In this document: piece by piece, positions 1-10,540 of the stretch
Position numbering within the stretch: position 1 is the stretch's first letter
Layout: the number at the start of each line of letters is the position of its first letter
Assembly (NCBI RefSeq): GCF_006345805.1
Contig: NW_021833382.1
Span: 1-27,507, forward strand
DNA: 27,507 nt
Direction of reading: 5' to 3'
Source of the DNA: Octopus sinensis
Lineage: Eukaryota
Translations under genes and position numbers: made by a program
The notes under the pieces: model-generated
Told to the model about the DNA's origin: nothing
Database searches by the model: none
The model's input: the letters and a program-made list of their open reading frames with translations, nothing else

Positions 1-60
1 TCGACAAATGAGACCGATAGAATAAATACCAATATTTGTAAAATATCTGCAAGAATCGGT
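1..60 (+). mobile_element. 3' fragment of SINE family A (window edge)
   Basis: GAGACCGATAGAATAA matches the family A tail; AAAATATCTGCAAGAATCGGT (40-60) recurs inverted at ~493-513. Confidence 0.55.
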
Positions 61-315
61 CTCACGTAACCGACCAGGCTATGAGATGTTGTTACACATC
101 GCTGGTCACAATGCGTTTTGCATTGTTTTAGCCTTCAAATAACGCCACCCCACAGGCTACGCGAGCAACCAGCATTCCACCCTGATCGAAAGGGAAACTG
201 GAGCAACGTGAAAGGAAGTGTTTTGCTCAAGAACACAACACACCGCTTAATCAGGGAATCGAACCAACGATCAAGCGATCGTCTGTGCAGCAGCCTAACC
301 ACTAGGTCACGCGCC
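58..315 (-). mobile_element. tRNA-derived SINE, family C (CORE-like central block)
   Basis: Minus strand starts GGCGCG with A-box TGACCTAGTGG and B-box GGTTCGATTCC, then GTGTTCTTGAGCAAAACACTT (CORE-like); 3' part shared with 17405-17612. Confidence 0.8.
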
Positions 316-330
316 TAATACGTGTATATG

Positions 331-378
<48 letters not shown>

Positions 379-426
379 ACATACATACATACATTATATA
401 TATACGTATACACCACGGGATCTGCT

Positions 427-690
427 ACATTGTTTCTGTCTGTTCCAGTCATTCGGCTGCGGTCATGCCGGAGCACCGTTTTGAAGGGTATAAACCGATT
501 CTTGCAGATATTTTATAAATGTTTGTATTAAGTCCATCGATGTCTTTTGTCGAACCGCTAAGTTGTGGGAACGTAAGCAAAACCAACAAAAGTATTGGTC
601 AAGCTCAAGCAATACTGTAGATGATAGTGGCCAATGATGCCATGAACCCAGAGCTATGTGGCTAAGAGGCGAACTTTTAAACAAACGGTA
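427..690 (-). mobile_element. Diverged, internally deleted SINE family A copy
   Basis: Reverse complement contains AACTTAGCGGTTCGACAAAAGAC and GGTGCTCCGGCATGACCGCAGCCGAATGACTGGAAC, matching the family A tail. Confidence 0.65.
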
Positions 691-880
691 GTTAGTGAAC
701 TTTTATAAGTAATATAATATTATATATATATATATATGTGTGTGTGTGTGGTGGTGTATGTATATGTATTTATGTATGTATGTATGCCTGTATGTATACA
801 TATATATATACACACAAACACGCGCACCTGCACGCATATATATATATGTAGTAAAACTGTCGGTTAATACATCTACGACA

Positions 881-920
881 TAAACCTGAAGATTGCGAAA
901 AGCATGAAAGTACTGTAAAT
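881..920 (+). ncRNA. Decayed hammerhead-like motif
   Basis: CTGAAGA core (886-892), TGC/GCA stem II, GAAA, palindrome AGTACT; position 17 is G and stem I does not pair. Confidence 0.3.
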
Positions 921-984
921 AGTAATACAAAAATTAAAACGTGAAGCCAGTCTATGATGGAATTTCATGGACTAATCTTCTTAT

Positions 985-1218
985 TCATACACACATACAC
1001 ACACACACACACAACATACACATATATTGTATGTATATTATATATTATATATATCTATATATATATATATATATATATATGTATGCATATCGGTATGCAT
1101 ACTACTTTGTATGTATGCAGAGTTTATAGACTTCAAGAGAGAGGGGGGAGAGGAGGGCATGAAACAAACAAGCGAAGAATGTGAGGAATAGAATGGCATG
1201 CAAATCAGGTAGACAGGC

Positions 1219-1311
<93 letters not shown>

Positions 1312-1590
1312 TGCATACATTCATTTATACATACATGCATACAAACATACATGCATGCATACATGCATACATACAAACATACATACATACATACATACAT
1401 AAAAACATACATACACACATTTGCATCTACCTATGCGTGTATGCATAGGAATATATGTATATGAAATTGTGTGCAACTGGTGACTGAGTGTACGTACATA
1501 TTACTGTTCTATGTGTGTGTATGAGTGTGTCTGTGTAAACGTTGCTTGTGTGTGTGTGTAAACGTCGCTTGTGTAAGTGTTTATTAATAT
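985..1590. repeat. Compound microsatellites (CA, TA, GATA, CATA, TG)
   Basis: Directly visible, e.g. (GATA)n at ~1220-1295. Confidence 0.95.
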
Positions 1591-2009
1591 ATTATATATA
1601 ATGTACATATGACACGATGAAAGCGCTTTAAAGATTGAAAAGTTGGAATAATTTAACCGTTTTAACAAAAACAACACAGTAATTTATTCAGTTCACGGGA
1701 AGTTGCTGTGTTGCATTATTATAAAACCAAATTATTTCCACCTCTATTTAGGATGACTGCTCAATAATACTTCCTTCCTTCCATGTTCACTTCAATCTTC
1801 TGACAGCCTTAAACCACCCCCCACGAAAATAATAATAAAACATGTACAAATGTAAGAAAATCCTTAGTTTTGTTTAGAATTCACGGGTGACTTTATTGAT
1901 TGACACCGCTGTGTGCAACAAGATAAAACTCCGTTTTAGGGGAAAGACATTTATCAAAATTAGAATTATCTTCACAGTAAAAAAAAAAGAGGAGATAAAA
2001 AAAAACAGA

Positions 2010-2064
2010 GTAAATTCATATATATGTACGTGTGTGCATGCTTATGTATGCGTATATCTATTAT

Positions 2065-2096
<32 letters not shown>

Positions 2097-2426
2097 CATA
2101 AACGTGCACGTACATGTGTGTATATACATATTTATATATGTACCTATATAGTACCTGTGTGTGTGTATACATATTATATATGTATATATGTGTATGTGTG
2201 TACATATTTATAGGTGTATCTCTCTCTCTCTCCCTCTCTTCTCTCTCTCCTCTCTCTCTATATAATATATTATATATATATATATATATACACATACATC
2301 ATACGTACGTACGTACAATACATACATACATACACAGATATATAACAGACACAGACATACATAATACAAGCATCATATACACATACACACATGTATACAT
2401 GGTGTTTATATGTATGTATATGTATG

Positions 2427-2484
<58 letters not shown>

Positions 2485-2880
2485 TTGTGAGTGTGGGTGT
2501 GTGCACATATTTATATATGTATCTATGTCTGTGTGTGACTGTGTATTTATATATGTACCTATGTGTGTGTATATGTGTGTATAGACGTATGTGTTTAGGA
2601 CTAGGAACAATATATGTATAAATTCGTGTGTGTGATTGACCGTGTGTGCGTGTATATATATATATATAGGTGTATGTGTGTATGTATGCATATATATATA
2701 CATACGTATCAACACATGTATACATGTGTGTATGTATATATGATGCTTGGATTTCTGTATGTCTGTGTCTGTCTGTATATATGTGTGTGTATGTATGTAT
2801 GTATGTATGTACGCATGTATGTATGTATGTATGAACCTATGTATGTTTGTATAAACGCATGTATAAATATAAAAACGATA
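2010..2880. repeat. Compound TA/TG/CT/TATG microsatellite block
   Basis: Directly visible; source of the YIYI/VCVC ORFs. Confidence 0.95.
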
Positions 2881-3144
2881 GACATTTACTTTATTCTTAT
2901 TTTTAGCAGAAAGACAATTCTAATTTTGATGAATGTCTTTTTTCTTAGCACTCACTATTATCTTGTTTCATCCACACAGCGACCGCGTCAGTTGTACTTT
3001 TTAATCGAGTTTGTAAGCTTATACGTATATTATATGTGCCAGTGTGTACGCATATGTGTCTGCATGCACACGTTTTTATGTTTACACACACAGAGATTTA
3101 TTTTTGTATATAATTAACTACAGCTAGCTAGCAGGAGAAAAAGA

Positions 3145-3149
3145 TAGCT

Positions 3150-3242
<93 letters not shown>

Positions 3243-3366
3243 CGGATAAACATGTGTGTCCTTACACACACACACACACATATGTATATACATGTATATA
3301 TATATATATATTTATATGTGTATATATAAATATATATATACACAAAATCACACATACATACATACA

Positions 3367-3398
<32 letters not shown>

Positions 3399-3400
3399 AG
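3145..3400. repeat. (GATA)n, (CA)n, (TA)n, (CATA)n
   Basis: Directly visible. Confidence 0.95.
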
Positions 3401-3404
3401 TATT

Positions 3405-3955
3405 TTGTGGGTTTTAGTTTGTTAATAAGAGTAGACCGTCGTCCCCATATATTCCACTTGAGTCGGATGGTAATTTCGTGTGTAAGTTTTCTAATATGTG
3501 AAGACAAACGATGTCGCTTACCTCTGCCAAGTCCTTAGATCCCATGCTTACATCAAGCGATTCTTTAATGTTCCTTCTTAATTTAGAAAGCGCTGTTGTG
3601 GAGGAGGAGCGATTTTCTTGCTTGTAATATTGTTTCCAATTCGGTATCGTTTATTGTGGCTATGGTTTTAGCGAAGTTTAAAACAACTATAAGTATAGGT
3701 TTTGTTACTGACGCATTATAACCGGTGTCAAACTGGAAGAAATGGCATTCATCTTTCTTTGGGATTTTGTTGAACTAATCTATTACTTTGTAAGTGTTAT
3801 TACAGAGGGGTATAATCGAATTTGTTCTTATTTTGGGTGCGAATTTGTCTATATTTTTTTTCTTATTATTTTTGCTAGTGATGCCTATGTCCGTTTCGAA
3901 GGATTTAGTCGTCTGACGGATGGGCTGCTATTGAAGTTTGGTTTGAGGTATTTCA
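3405..3955 (-). mobile_element. Penelope-like element reverse transcriptase fragment, pseudogenised (type 1)
   Basis: Translation with stops/frameshift: DIGITSK...FNKIPKKDECHFFQFD...LNFAKTIATINDTELETILQARKSLLLHN / LDVSMGSKDLAEVSDIVCLHIL...SGIYGDDGL. YGDD at 3438-3449. Matches the PLE RT pattern (FxQFD, MGSxDxAEV, GxYxDDGL) as I know it. Confidence 0.85.
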
Positions 3956-3958
3956 TGG

Positions 3959-3989
<31 letters not shown>

Positions 3990-4180
3990 GTACAAAGTAA
4001 GATAGGTTTTATGAGGGTGATGTATATTGTTTTGTTCGATTTTCATGTTCCTACTTGTATAATTAATAAATAATATGAAATTGTAATATCCGTAAGTTGG
4101 TGATCGAAATGATTTGCTCCTCCATTTTCTTATTTGTATATATATAATAATATTATATATTATATATATATATATATATA

Positions 4181-4445
4181 GGCGTAGGAGTGGCTGTGTG
4201 GTAATAGCTTGCTTACGAACCACATGGTTGCGGGTTCAGTCCCACTGCGTGGCACCTTGGGCAAGTGTCTTCTACTGACCAAAGCCTTGACAACCGATGC
4301 TGGTGTGTTTGCGTCTCCGTAACTTAGCGGTTCGGCAAAAGAGACCGATAGAATAAGTTCTAGACTTACATAGATTTGCTCGACTAAAAGCGGTGCTCCA
4401 GCATGGTCACAGTCAAATTACTGAAACAAGTAAAAGAGTAAAGAG
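4181..4445 (+). mobile_element. tRNA-derived CORE-type SINE family A, internal microsatellite region deleted
   Basis: GGCGTAGGAGTGGCTGTGTGG head, B-box GGTTCAGTCCC, CORE-like CACCTTGGGCAAGTGTCTT, tail GAAACAAGTAAAAGAGTAAAAGAG. Confidence 0.9.
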
Positions 4446-4861
4446 ATATATGGGGGTGCAAGAGAGTAGGGTGGTGAATGTATGAGTATGTGTGTACACG
4501 AATCCAATTAAGTATGCGTGCATAAACATACTTGCAGCAAAAGCTTGTATGGTTTGAGTACATATACATATAACACAACCAAACACGTAAATATGCGTGT
4601 TGATGGTTGCGCTTTGATATATATGTGGTGATAAGTGGAGTATCACAAGACAACGTTCTGGATCTCCTTGATCCTCATGTTGCTGTCACACATGACAGAA
4701 ATATATAACCAGAGATAATCAGCAGATCTCCTCGTGTCGCTAATCTGACACTCTCTATGGAGTAGAAGTAATAGAATAAATGGCAAACAAATGCAGTAAT
4801 CGATTGAGACAACATTATTATAAACAAGCATTGAAGCGTCGGGTTAACTTGATTTATGTTT

Positions 4862-5123
4862 AGAAATTGAGAAAATCTTGAACGCAGGGGGAATAGCTGT
4901 GAGAATAGCTTTAAGAAAATCAGGTTTAAAAAATCCCCTAAAGACAGATAAAAGTGGCCAACGGCCGTTAGAGAGAATAAAACTCTGTGTCTCTCAAATT
5001 GCGAGAGTTCGACTCTCTGTAGCCACCGTTTGTTACTTTTTCTGTCTTTAAAGTTATTTTTACACGATTTTCTTAAAGCTGCTTTGACAGTTATTCTCCT
5101 ACGTGCGAGATTTTCTTAATTTC
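4862..5123. mobile_element. MITE-like diverged inverted repeat (~112 bp arms)
   Basis: 4862-4975 is an imperfect reverse complement of 5013-5123; AGCTTTAAGAAAATC (4907-4921) pairs perfectly with 5066-5080. Confidence 0.6.
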
Positions 5124-5229
5124 TGAAAGTATACCAAAATCGATTAATTCAACGATTCGCTTGCGCTGACAGCAACCCCAGTGCCTTCATATTAAATCAG
5201 TTTGTGGGAGCTTTGAATTTACGCAACCA

Positions 5230-5960
5230 TCTGCTATGGTTTCAACCATATTGTGGGGTTTTATTTCTTTGTCCTCAGGATTATCCTTCCGACGGATTTT
5301 ATTATAGAGTGTCCTAGCTACAACGTCATGTCTTATCGGTAGATAATACCGTGATGGCATTTTCGGACAACTGCTAATGATGTGGGTGATATCTTCAGTG
5401 TGAACTCCACAAAGTCTGCATTAGTTGTCACATTTTACTGCTTTTCCCGCATCTCTATCCCTTTTGTGCATCAAGTACTTGGTTGATATTTTCTGTTCTT
5501 GGATTGTAAACGCGTACCCTTCAAAGTGGGAGGTAGTAATCCGGCTATTCGTCCATGATAAACTGCTTTGATGATCGATATTACCATCATCTCGAAGCTT
5601 TCTACAAACATTTCCATGCATGGTCTTCTGCTGATATGGGATCATCCTTTCATCTGATGATACGTTGCGGTAGAGTCGTGCGACTTCTTTGGGCATGTAT
5701 TCTAGGTTATCAAACAAAGAGTGTTGCTCAAGGAGTTGCCTTCCAAGTCTTATGATGTTATCAGCCTCATTTACGCAAACTTGGTCAAGGGATGCACTTC
5801 GAAACTAGGTTGTTAAAAGATGTTGCCGAAGGGATATGATGCAGCTTTCAAAGGCATTTTGGATCGATGTTAAGCCTCTGCTGCTTTGTTTTCGTTTTAG
5901 GTTGAAGCGGTCTACGCCACTGTTTATGTGGAAATTATGCGTGCTTGTTAGTATTTTTCG
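5230..5960 (-). mobile_element. R4/Dong-type non-LTR retrotransposon fragment (post-RT region and CCHC knuckle), pseudogenised
   Basis: GVDRFNLKRKQSSRGLTSIQNAF, MHGNVCRKL, FEGYAFTIQEQKISTKY, then CDN*CRLCGVHTEDITHIISSC (CX2CX8HX4C) and RHDVVAR. The RLE domain is absent. Confidence 0.9.
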
Positions 5961-5999
5961 GGTATGTATGTATGTATGTATGTATGTATGTATGTATGG

Positions 6000-6300
6000 T
6001 CCCTCAACCCTTTTATCAACCCTATTATCTCCCCTTATTTCGCTCTCGCGTCTCATGTTGGATCTTTGACCTCTGGCCGAAATCAGATCGCCATGTTGAT
6101 TCGTTAGCTACTGCACGCATTTTTTTTCTCTCCTTCTTTCTGTGTTTTTCTCTCTCTCTGTATCTTTCTGTTGAAGAGCGTAGGCTCGAAACGTTAAAGA
6201 CTTGTTTTATTTATATTTCCTGAGCGCCATACTAATACAATTGTTCGTTTGTTTTCCACCTGCCTTCGTCTTTTGTTTATTTTCATAAAGCTTCCTGTTA
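6000..6300 (+). mobile_element. Short non-coding HHR-bearing element (PLE pseudo-LTR-like, family H1)
   Basis: Homologous by eye to 8005-8267, 13680-13928 and 16410-16600; flanked by (TATG)n on both sides. Confidence 0.8.
6163..6200 (+). ncRNA. Minimal type I hammerhead motif, A6U variant
   Basis: TCTTT-CTGTTGAA-GAGC(GTAG)GCTC-GAAA-CG-TT/AAAGA: stem I 5 bp, stem II 4 bp, ACGT palindrome; predicted cut after 6195. Confidence 0.75.
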
Positions 6301-6350
6301 TGTATGTATGTATGTATATTTGTACGTATTTGAAAATATAATGACAATTC

Positions 6351-6397
6351 ACTTTAAACTGTGATAAGCTGAGCAACAGCGAAAACCGGTCCGTAAG
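6351..6397 (+). ncRNA. Decayed hammerhead-like motif
   Basis: GTGATAA (2 changes from CTGATGA), perfect GCTG/CAGC stem II, GAAA, ACCGGT palindrome, GUC triplet; stem I poor. Confidence 0.35.
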
Positions 6398-6689
6398 ATC
6401 TGATTCTTCTACTGCAAAACTTTTGGCTACAACGTGCACAAAAATTTATTTAGTATTTATGAGAAAAATGATTTTCTTTTTTTTTTTTTCTAAACGGAAA
6501 GTTTTCAGTTATATGTGATTCTCTCTATTTTTTTTTTTTTTCTGTTGTGAGTGTAAACTCACCTCGTGAAAATGTACACCAATATTTTTACAGCAAAATT
6601 CATATTTAAACGTTTATGCGAAAAATCTAATTTTGTGTTTTTAATTTCACATGCATAAATGTTAAAATATAAAACTTGTTCTATTCAAA

Positions 6690-6752
6690 TATAGTGTGTG
6701 TGTGTATGTGTGTGTGTGTGTGTGTGGTGTGCGTGTGTGTGCGTGTGTGTGC

Positions 6753-6783
<31 letters not shown>

Positions 6784-6867
6784 AAGATTTTGCACATTTT
6801 CCACGTTTCTTAGTTTTCCTACACACACACATATACACTCACATATATAAGTGCGTATATCTGTATG

Positions 6868-6910
<43 letters not shown>

Positions 6911-6924
6911 ATGTATTTATGTAT

Positions 6925-6955
<31 letters not shown>

Positions 6956-6986
6956 CATGCACTTATATACATATATACACAATTAC

Positions 6987-7031
<45 letters not shown>

Positions 7032-7133
7032 TGTATTTATACATTATCCATGCTTTTATAGAGCTGCACGCCACTGTTGTATGTGCGTGTGTGCGTGCAT
7101 GCGTGCGTGTGTGCGTGCATTCGTGCGTGTGTG

Positions 7134-7175
<42 letters not shown>

Positions 7176-7180
7176 CGCGT
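6690..7180. repeat. (TG)n, (TA)n, (GATA)n, (GA)n block
   Basis: Directly visible. Confidence 0.95.
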
Positions 7181-7366
7181 GCGCACACGTACGTCGCGTT
7201 ACTGCTACACGTACGCAGAGATTCTAGACAGCATCTATAGAAAGGCCACTTGACTGATCGGTATAGAAACATTCACAAGCACGTTCTGGCATCTAACCTG
7301 TAGACGTGCTCTCTCTCTCTCCTATCTTTCTCTCCTTCTCTCCCTCCGTCTCTCCCTTCTTCTCTC

Positions 7367-7409
<43 letters not shown>

Positions 7410-7429
7410 ACCTCCCCTATAATGTCCTC

Positions 7430-7800
7430 TGTTCCTTGGTCTTCGCAGGTCTTTTCCCCGCGCCTTCGCTCATGTCCCCCGACCCTCTCGTCTCTTCTCA
7501 TCATCATACTCGCTATATCCACCTCCCATTCTTGTAACTGTCCATTACGCCCAGTCCTACCTTCCCATGACAACTAATCATTTTAATCTCCTCCACGCTA
7601 GCAGTTTCACCCGTCTTCAAGGGCCTACAAATTCTACGTAGCGGGACACTGTCCCTTACTTCCAACTCGGAAAAAGGCCTGCTAGCAAGATATGAAAGGT
7701 TCTCCATGAAAGGTTCTCCACCTCTTCACCACCAAGATTCCTTGTATTTATATCATATGTATATTGTCGCATTTGATGGCATATAAGACGCACCGCTTTC
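7430..7800 (+). mobile_element. Possible highly decayed PLE remnant (linker to GIY-YIG region)
   Basis: C/T-rich; HFNLLHASSFTRLQ and CIYIICILSHLMAYKTHRF loosely resemble the PLE linker and the GIY-YIG VIYCIxC...DRF segment. Weak. Confidence 0.35.
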
Positions 7801-8004
7801 ATTTGTTCTTGTCTTTTTTATCCACAGGCGTAGGAGTGGCTGTGTGGTAAGTAGCTTGCTTACCAACCACATGATTCCGGGTTCAGTCCCACCGCGTGGC
7901 ACCTTGGGCAAGTGTCTTCTACTATAGCCTCGGGCCTTGTGAGTAGATTTGGTAGACGGAAACCGAAAGAAGCCCGTCGTATATATGTATATATATATGT
8001 GTGT

Positions 8005-8267
8005 TATCTCCTCTACTATCCCTCTAGCGTCTAACGTCTGACTTCTGCCTGAAATCAGAACGCCATGTTGGACCGTTAGCTCCTACACGCATTTTTTTCT
8101 CTCCTTGTTTCTTTTCTGTGTATCTTTCTGTCGAAGAGCGTAGGCTCGAAACGTAAAAGACTTGTTATTTCTATTCCTGAGCGCCATACTAATACAATTG
8201 TTTGTTTATACTCCACCTGCCTTCGTCTTTTGTTTATTTTCGTAAACCTTCTCGTTATATATATCTA
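8005..8267 (+). mobile_element. H1 HHR-bearing element nested in SINE A
   Basis: Homologous to 6000-6300; 3' end runs into (TA)n at 8267-8350. Confidence 0.8.
8123..8160 (+). ncRNA. Minimal type I hammerhead motif, A6U variant
   Basis: TCTTT-CTGTCGAA-GAGC(GTAG)GCTC-GAAA-CG-TA/AAAGA; predicted cut after 8155. Confidence 0.75.
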
Positions 8268-8294
8268 TATAATATATATATATATATATATATA

Positions 8295-8354
<60 letters not shown>

Positions 8355-8639
8355 TGTTGTGTATAGTTTGTATGTCTGTGTTTGTCCCCCCCAACATCGC
8401 TTGACAACCGATGCTGGTGTGTTTACGTCCTCGTAACTTAGCGGTTTGGCGAAAGATACCGATAGAATAAGTACTAGGTTTACAACGAATAAGTCCTGGG
8501 GTCAATTTGCTCGACTAAAAGGCGGTGCTCCAGCATGGCCACAGTCAAATGACTGAAACACGTAAAAGAGTAAAAGCGAGTAAAGGGTAAATTAGTAAAA
8601 TGCGTAGCTGTGTGGTAAGAATACCAACAGGTATTTATT

Positions 8640-8765
8640 TTCAGCTAAGTGTAATAGATCAACTTTTTTGTCTTGCTCAAGAACATAGTATGCCACCTGG
8701 TTCGATAATTGAACCCATGATCTAAAGATTGTGACCCTAACAACTTAACCACTTAGCCACTGGCC
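8640..8765 (-). mobile_element. Diverged SINE head, family C-like
   Basis: Reverse complement TGGCTAAGTGGTT...GGGTTCAATTATC...GTTCTTGAGCAAGAC. Confidence 0.5.
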
Positions 8766-9114
8766 TTTATAAGACTGACAAAAGAATTATAAACAACCTT
8801 ATAGAGCAGAAATTTCTTACGTTAATGATAAGCGACAAATAAACAAAACGTCGTTGTAATTTTAAAAGCTTACACGATTGGCTTTTAATGTGGATTCATT
8901 CACCAAAATGTGGTCTGTTTATCAACAATAATTTGTAAATAGTTTTTCGTACCCCGAAGTATCTTTTAATATTTTGTCTCTCAATATTCTTAGGATTCCA
9001 TGGAATTTTTCTCTTGGAGACCTAATGTGTACTCACTACAAGAGTCCAATTTATTTGGATCGTTCCTAGCTTTTTAAAAAGTGATTGTTTTACATTATTC
9101 TCACTTTGATATTA

Positions 9115-9330
9115 AGGCGGTGAGCTAGCAAAATCGTTAGCACGGCGGGCAAAATACTTAGCGGCGTTTCGTCCGCCTTTGCGTTCTGAGTTCAAATTCA
9201 GCCGACGTCGACTTTACCTTTCATCCTTTCGGAGTCGATAAAATAAGCACCAACTGAGCACTGGGGTCGATGTAACTGACTTAGCCCCACCCACGGAATT
9301 GCTAGCCTTGTGCAAAAATTCGAAATAAAT
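9115..9330 (+). mobile_element. SINE family B (tRNA head, Meta-domain-like core)
   Basis: AAGGCGGTGAGC head, B-box GAGTTCAAATTC, core GACTTTACCTTTCATCCTTTCGGAGTCGATAAAATAAG resembling the MetaSINE central domain. Confidence 0.85.
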
Positions 9331-9345
9331 ATTTATTCTTAACTT

Positions 9346-9601
9346 AAGGCGGCGAAATAGCAGAATCTCACATTTAGTATGCCGGACAAAATGCTTAATG
9401 ACATTTTTGTCCGATTTTACATTCCATGTTCTAATTCTGCAATGGTCGACTTTGCCTCCTATCTTTTCGGGGTTGACATAATATGTACTAGTCGAACACA
9501 GGTCGATAAAGTAAGTAGCACTTGGTCTATGTAATCGAAGCATATGTAATCGACTTGCCCCCTCCTCCGAAATTGCCAGCACTGTACCAAAATTTGCAAC
9601 C
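9346..9601 (+). mobile_element. SINE family B, diverged tandem copy
   Basis: Same head, core and tail order with more substitutions. Confidence 0.7.
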
Positions 9602-9619
9602 AATACTTAATTTTTAACT

Positions 9620-9720
9620 TAAGGCTGTGAACTGGCAGAATCGTTAGCACAACGCGCAAAATGCTTTGCAGCATTTCGTCTGTCCTTATGCTCTGATTTC
9701 GAATTCTGCCAAGGACGACC
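9620..9720 (+). mobile_element. SINE family B, head only
   Basis: AAGGCTGTGAACTGGCAGAATCGTTAGCAC...TTCGAATTCTGCC. Confidence 0.7.
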
Positions 9721-10026
9721 GCTATTAATTCTTAACTTTGATGCAAATCCCACTTTTACAAGAAAGGAATATTAACGAGATAATCGATCCAAATACATTT
9801 TTCTGGCACATAATCGAAGATGAGAAGATTTGAACTGGCATAACCAAATCTTTTAGTCCGCCATTTTACCGTTTCTAACAAACTACCATTCATTAATATA
9901 AAAGGCATCTAAGAAGTTTTACTACGTTTTAATAGTTATTTTAGTACGTTGACTTCGCATGTACTTAGGTCGTCTAACTAAAAGCTTTTGCCTAGAGGAA
10001 ATTGTCTAAACTCTACTGCATCTTAC

Positions 10027-10175
10027 ACTCGAGAAGACAGGAGAATTCTATAGACATTTGATGTATGTGACAATCTGGAAGGTGGAAGTTTGTAGATAAG
10101 CTTTTTAGAGCACAATTTTCCGACAGAACAGATAATAATCAGTCTTCCCACATTATCATTATTACACATATTACA
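10027..10175 (-). CDS. Candidate downstream exon (CNMCNNDNVGRLIIICSVGKLC...)
   Basis: Acceptor TTTTCCATCCATTAG, 49 open codons with a CxxC, donor GTAAGA. Connection to the large exon is not established. Confidence 0.25.
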
Positions 10176-10540
10176 CTAATGGATGGAAAATATTCTGCTC
10201 TCCTCACAATACAAACTAATAAGAACAAACTATCAGATCATTTAATATTTCCAGCCTTTATTTCATTTTATTCTTTAATCAAGTATTAAGTTTATTACCT
10301 TTAGCTGATACTAAAAATAAGATGGCGACAACCATCAGACATTGACTCAACTGTTTGCTTTTAAATGGATATTAGGACAGCTTTGACGCCAACCGTTGCT
10401 TGGTAAATATTTTACCTCTCTGCTTATTATTTTTTCCTTCTAAAATTTAATGAATATGTCAACTAAACTCACTTTTATTGAATAATTTTACGTGTATCTT
10501 TTTTTAAACTTTCCTTATTTTGTTGCAAGATGTGTGAGTC

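Larger units (their letters stand above)
7827..8585 (+). mobile_element. SINE family A, split by an H1 insertion
   Basis: Head at 7827 to ~8000 ends in the (TA) tract; the tail resumes at ~8355 and ends AAAAGAGTAAAAG. Confidence 0.9.

Noticed and set aside
1890-1970. Minus-strand peptide ...TEFYLVAHSGVNQ* after a T-rich acceptor, vaguely like the Piwi-domain DFYLxSH motif
   Set aside because: 25 codons then a stop, no GT(S)xP continuation and no good donor; likely chance.
322-3538. Many YIYI/VCVC/LSIY/THTH ORFs here and at 6685-7272, 11826-12452, 13568-14702, 21813-24739
   Set aside because: Translations of microsatellites that lack stop codons by composition.
4645-4690. Minus-strand ATGA-GGATC(AAGGA)GATCC-AGAA-CGTT-GTC, hammerhead-like order
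   Set aside because: The 5' core, GAAA and stem I are all defective; too many changes to call without a family consensus.
8896-9021. Possible terminal exon VSKRKIPWNPKNIERQNIKRYFG...
   Set aside because: Only 41 codons, weak acceptor, no supported link to upstream exons.
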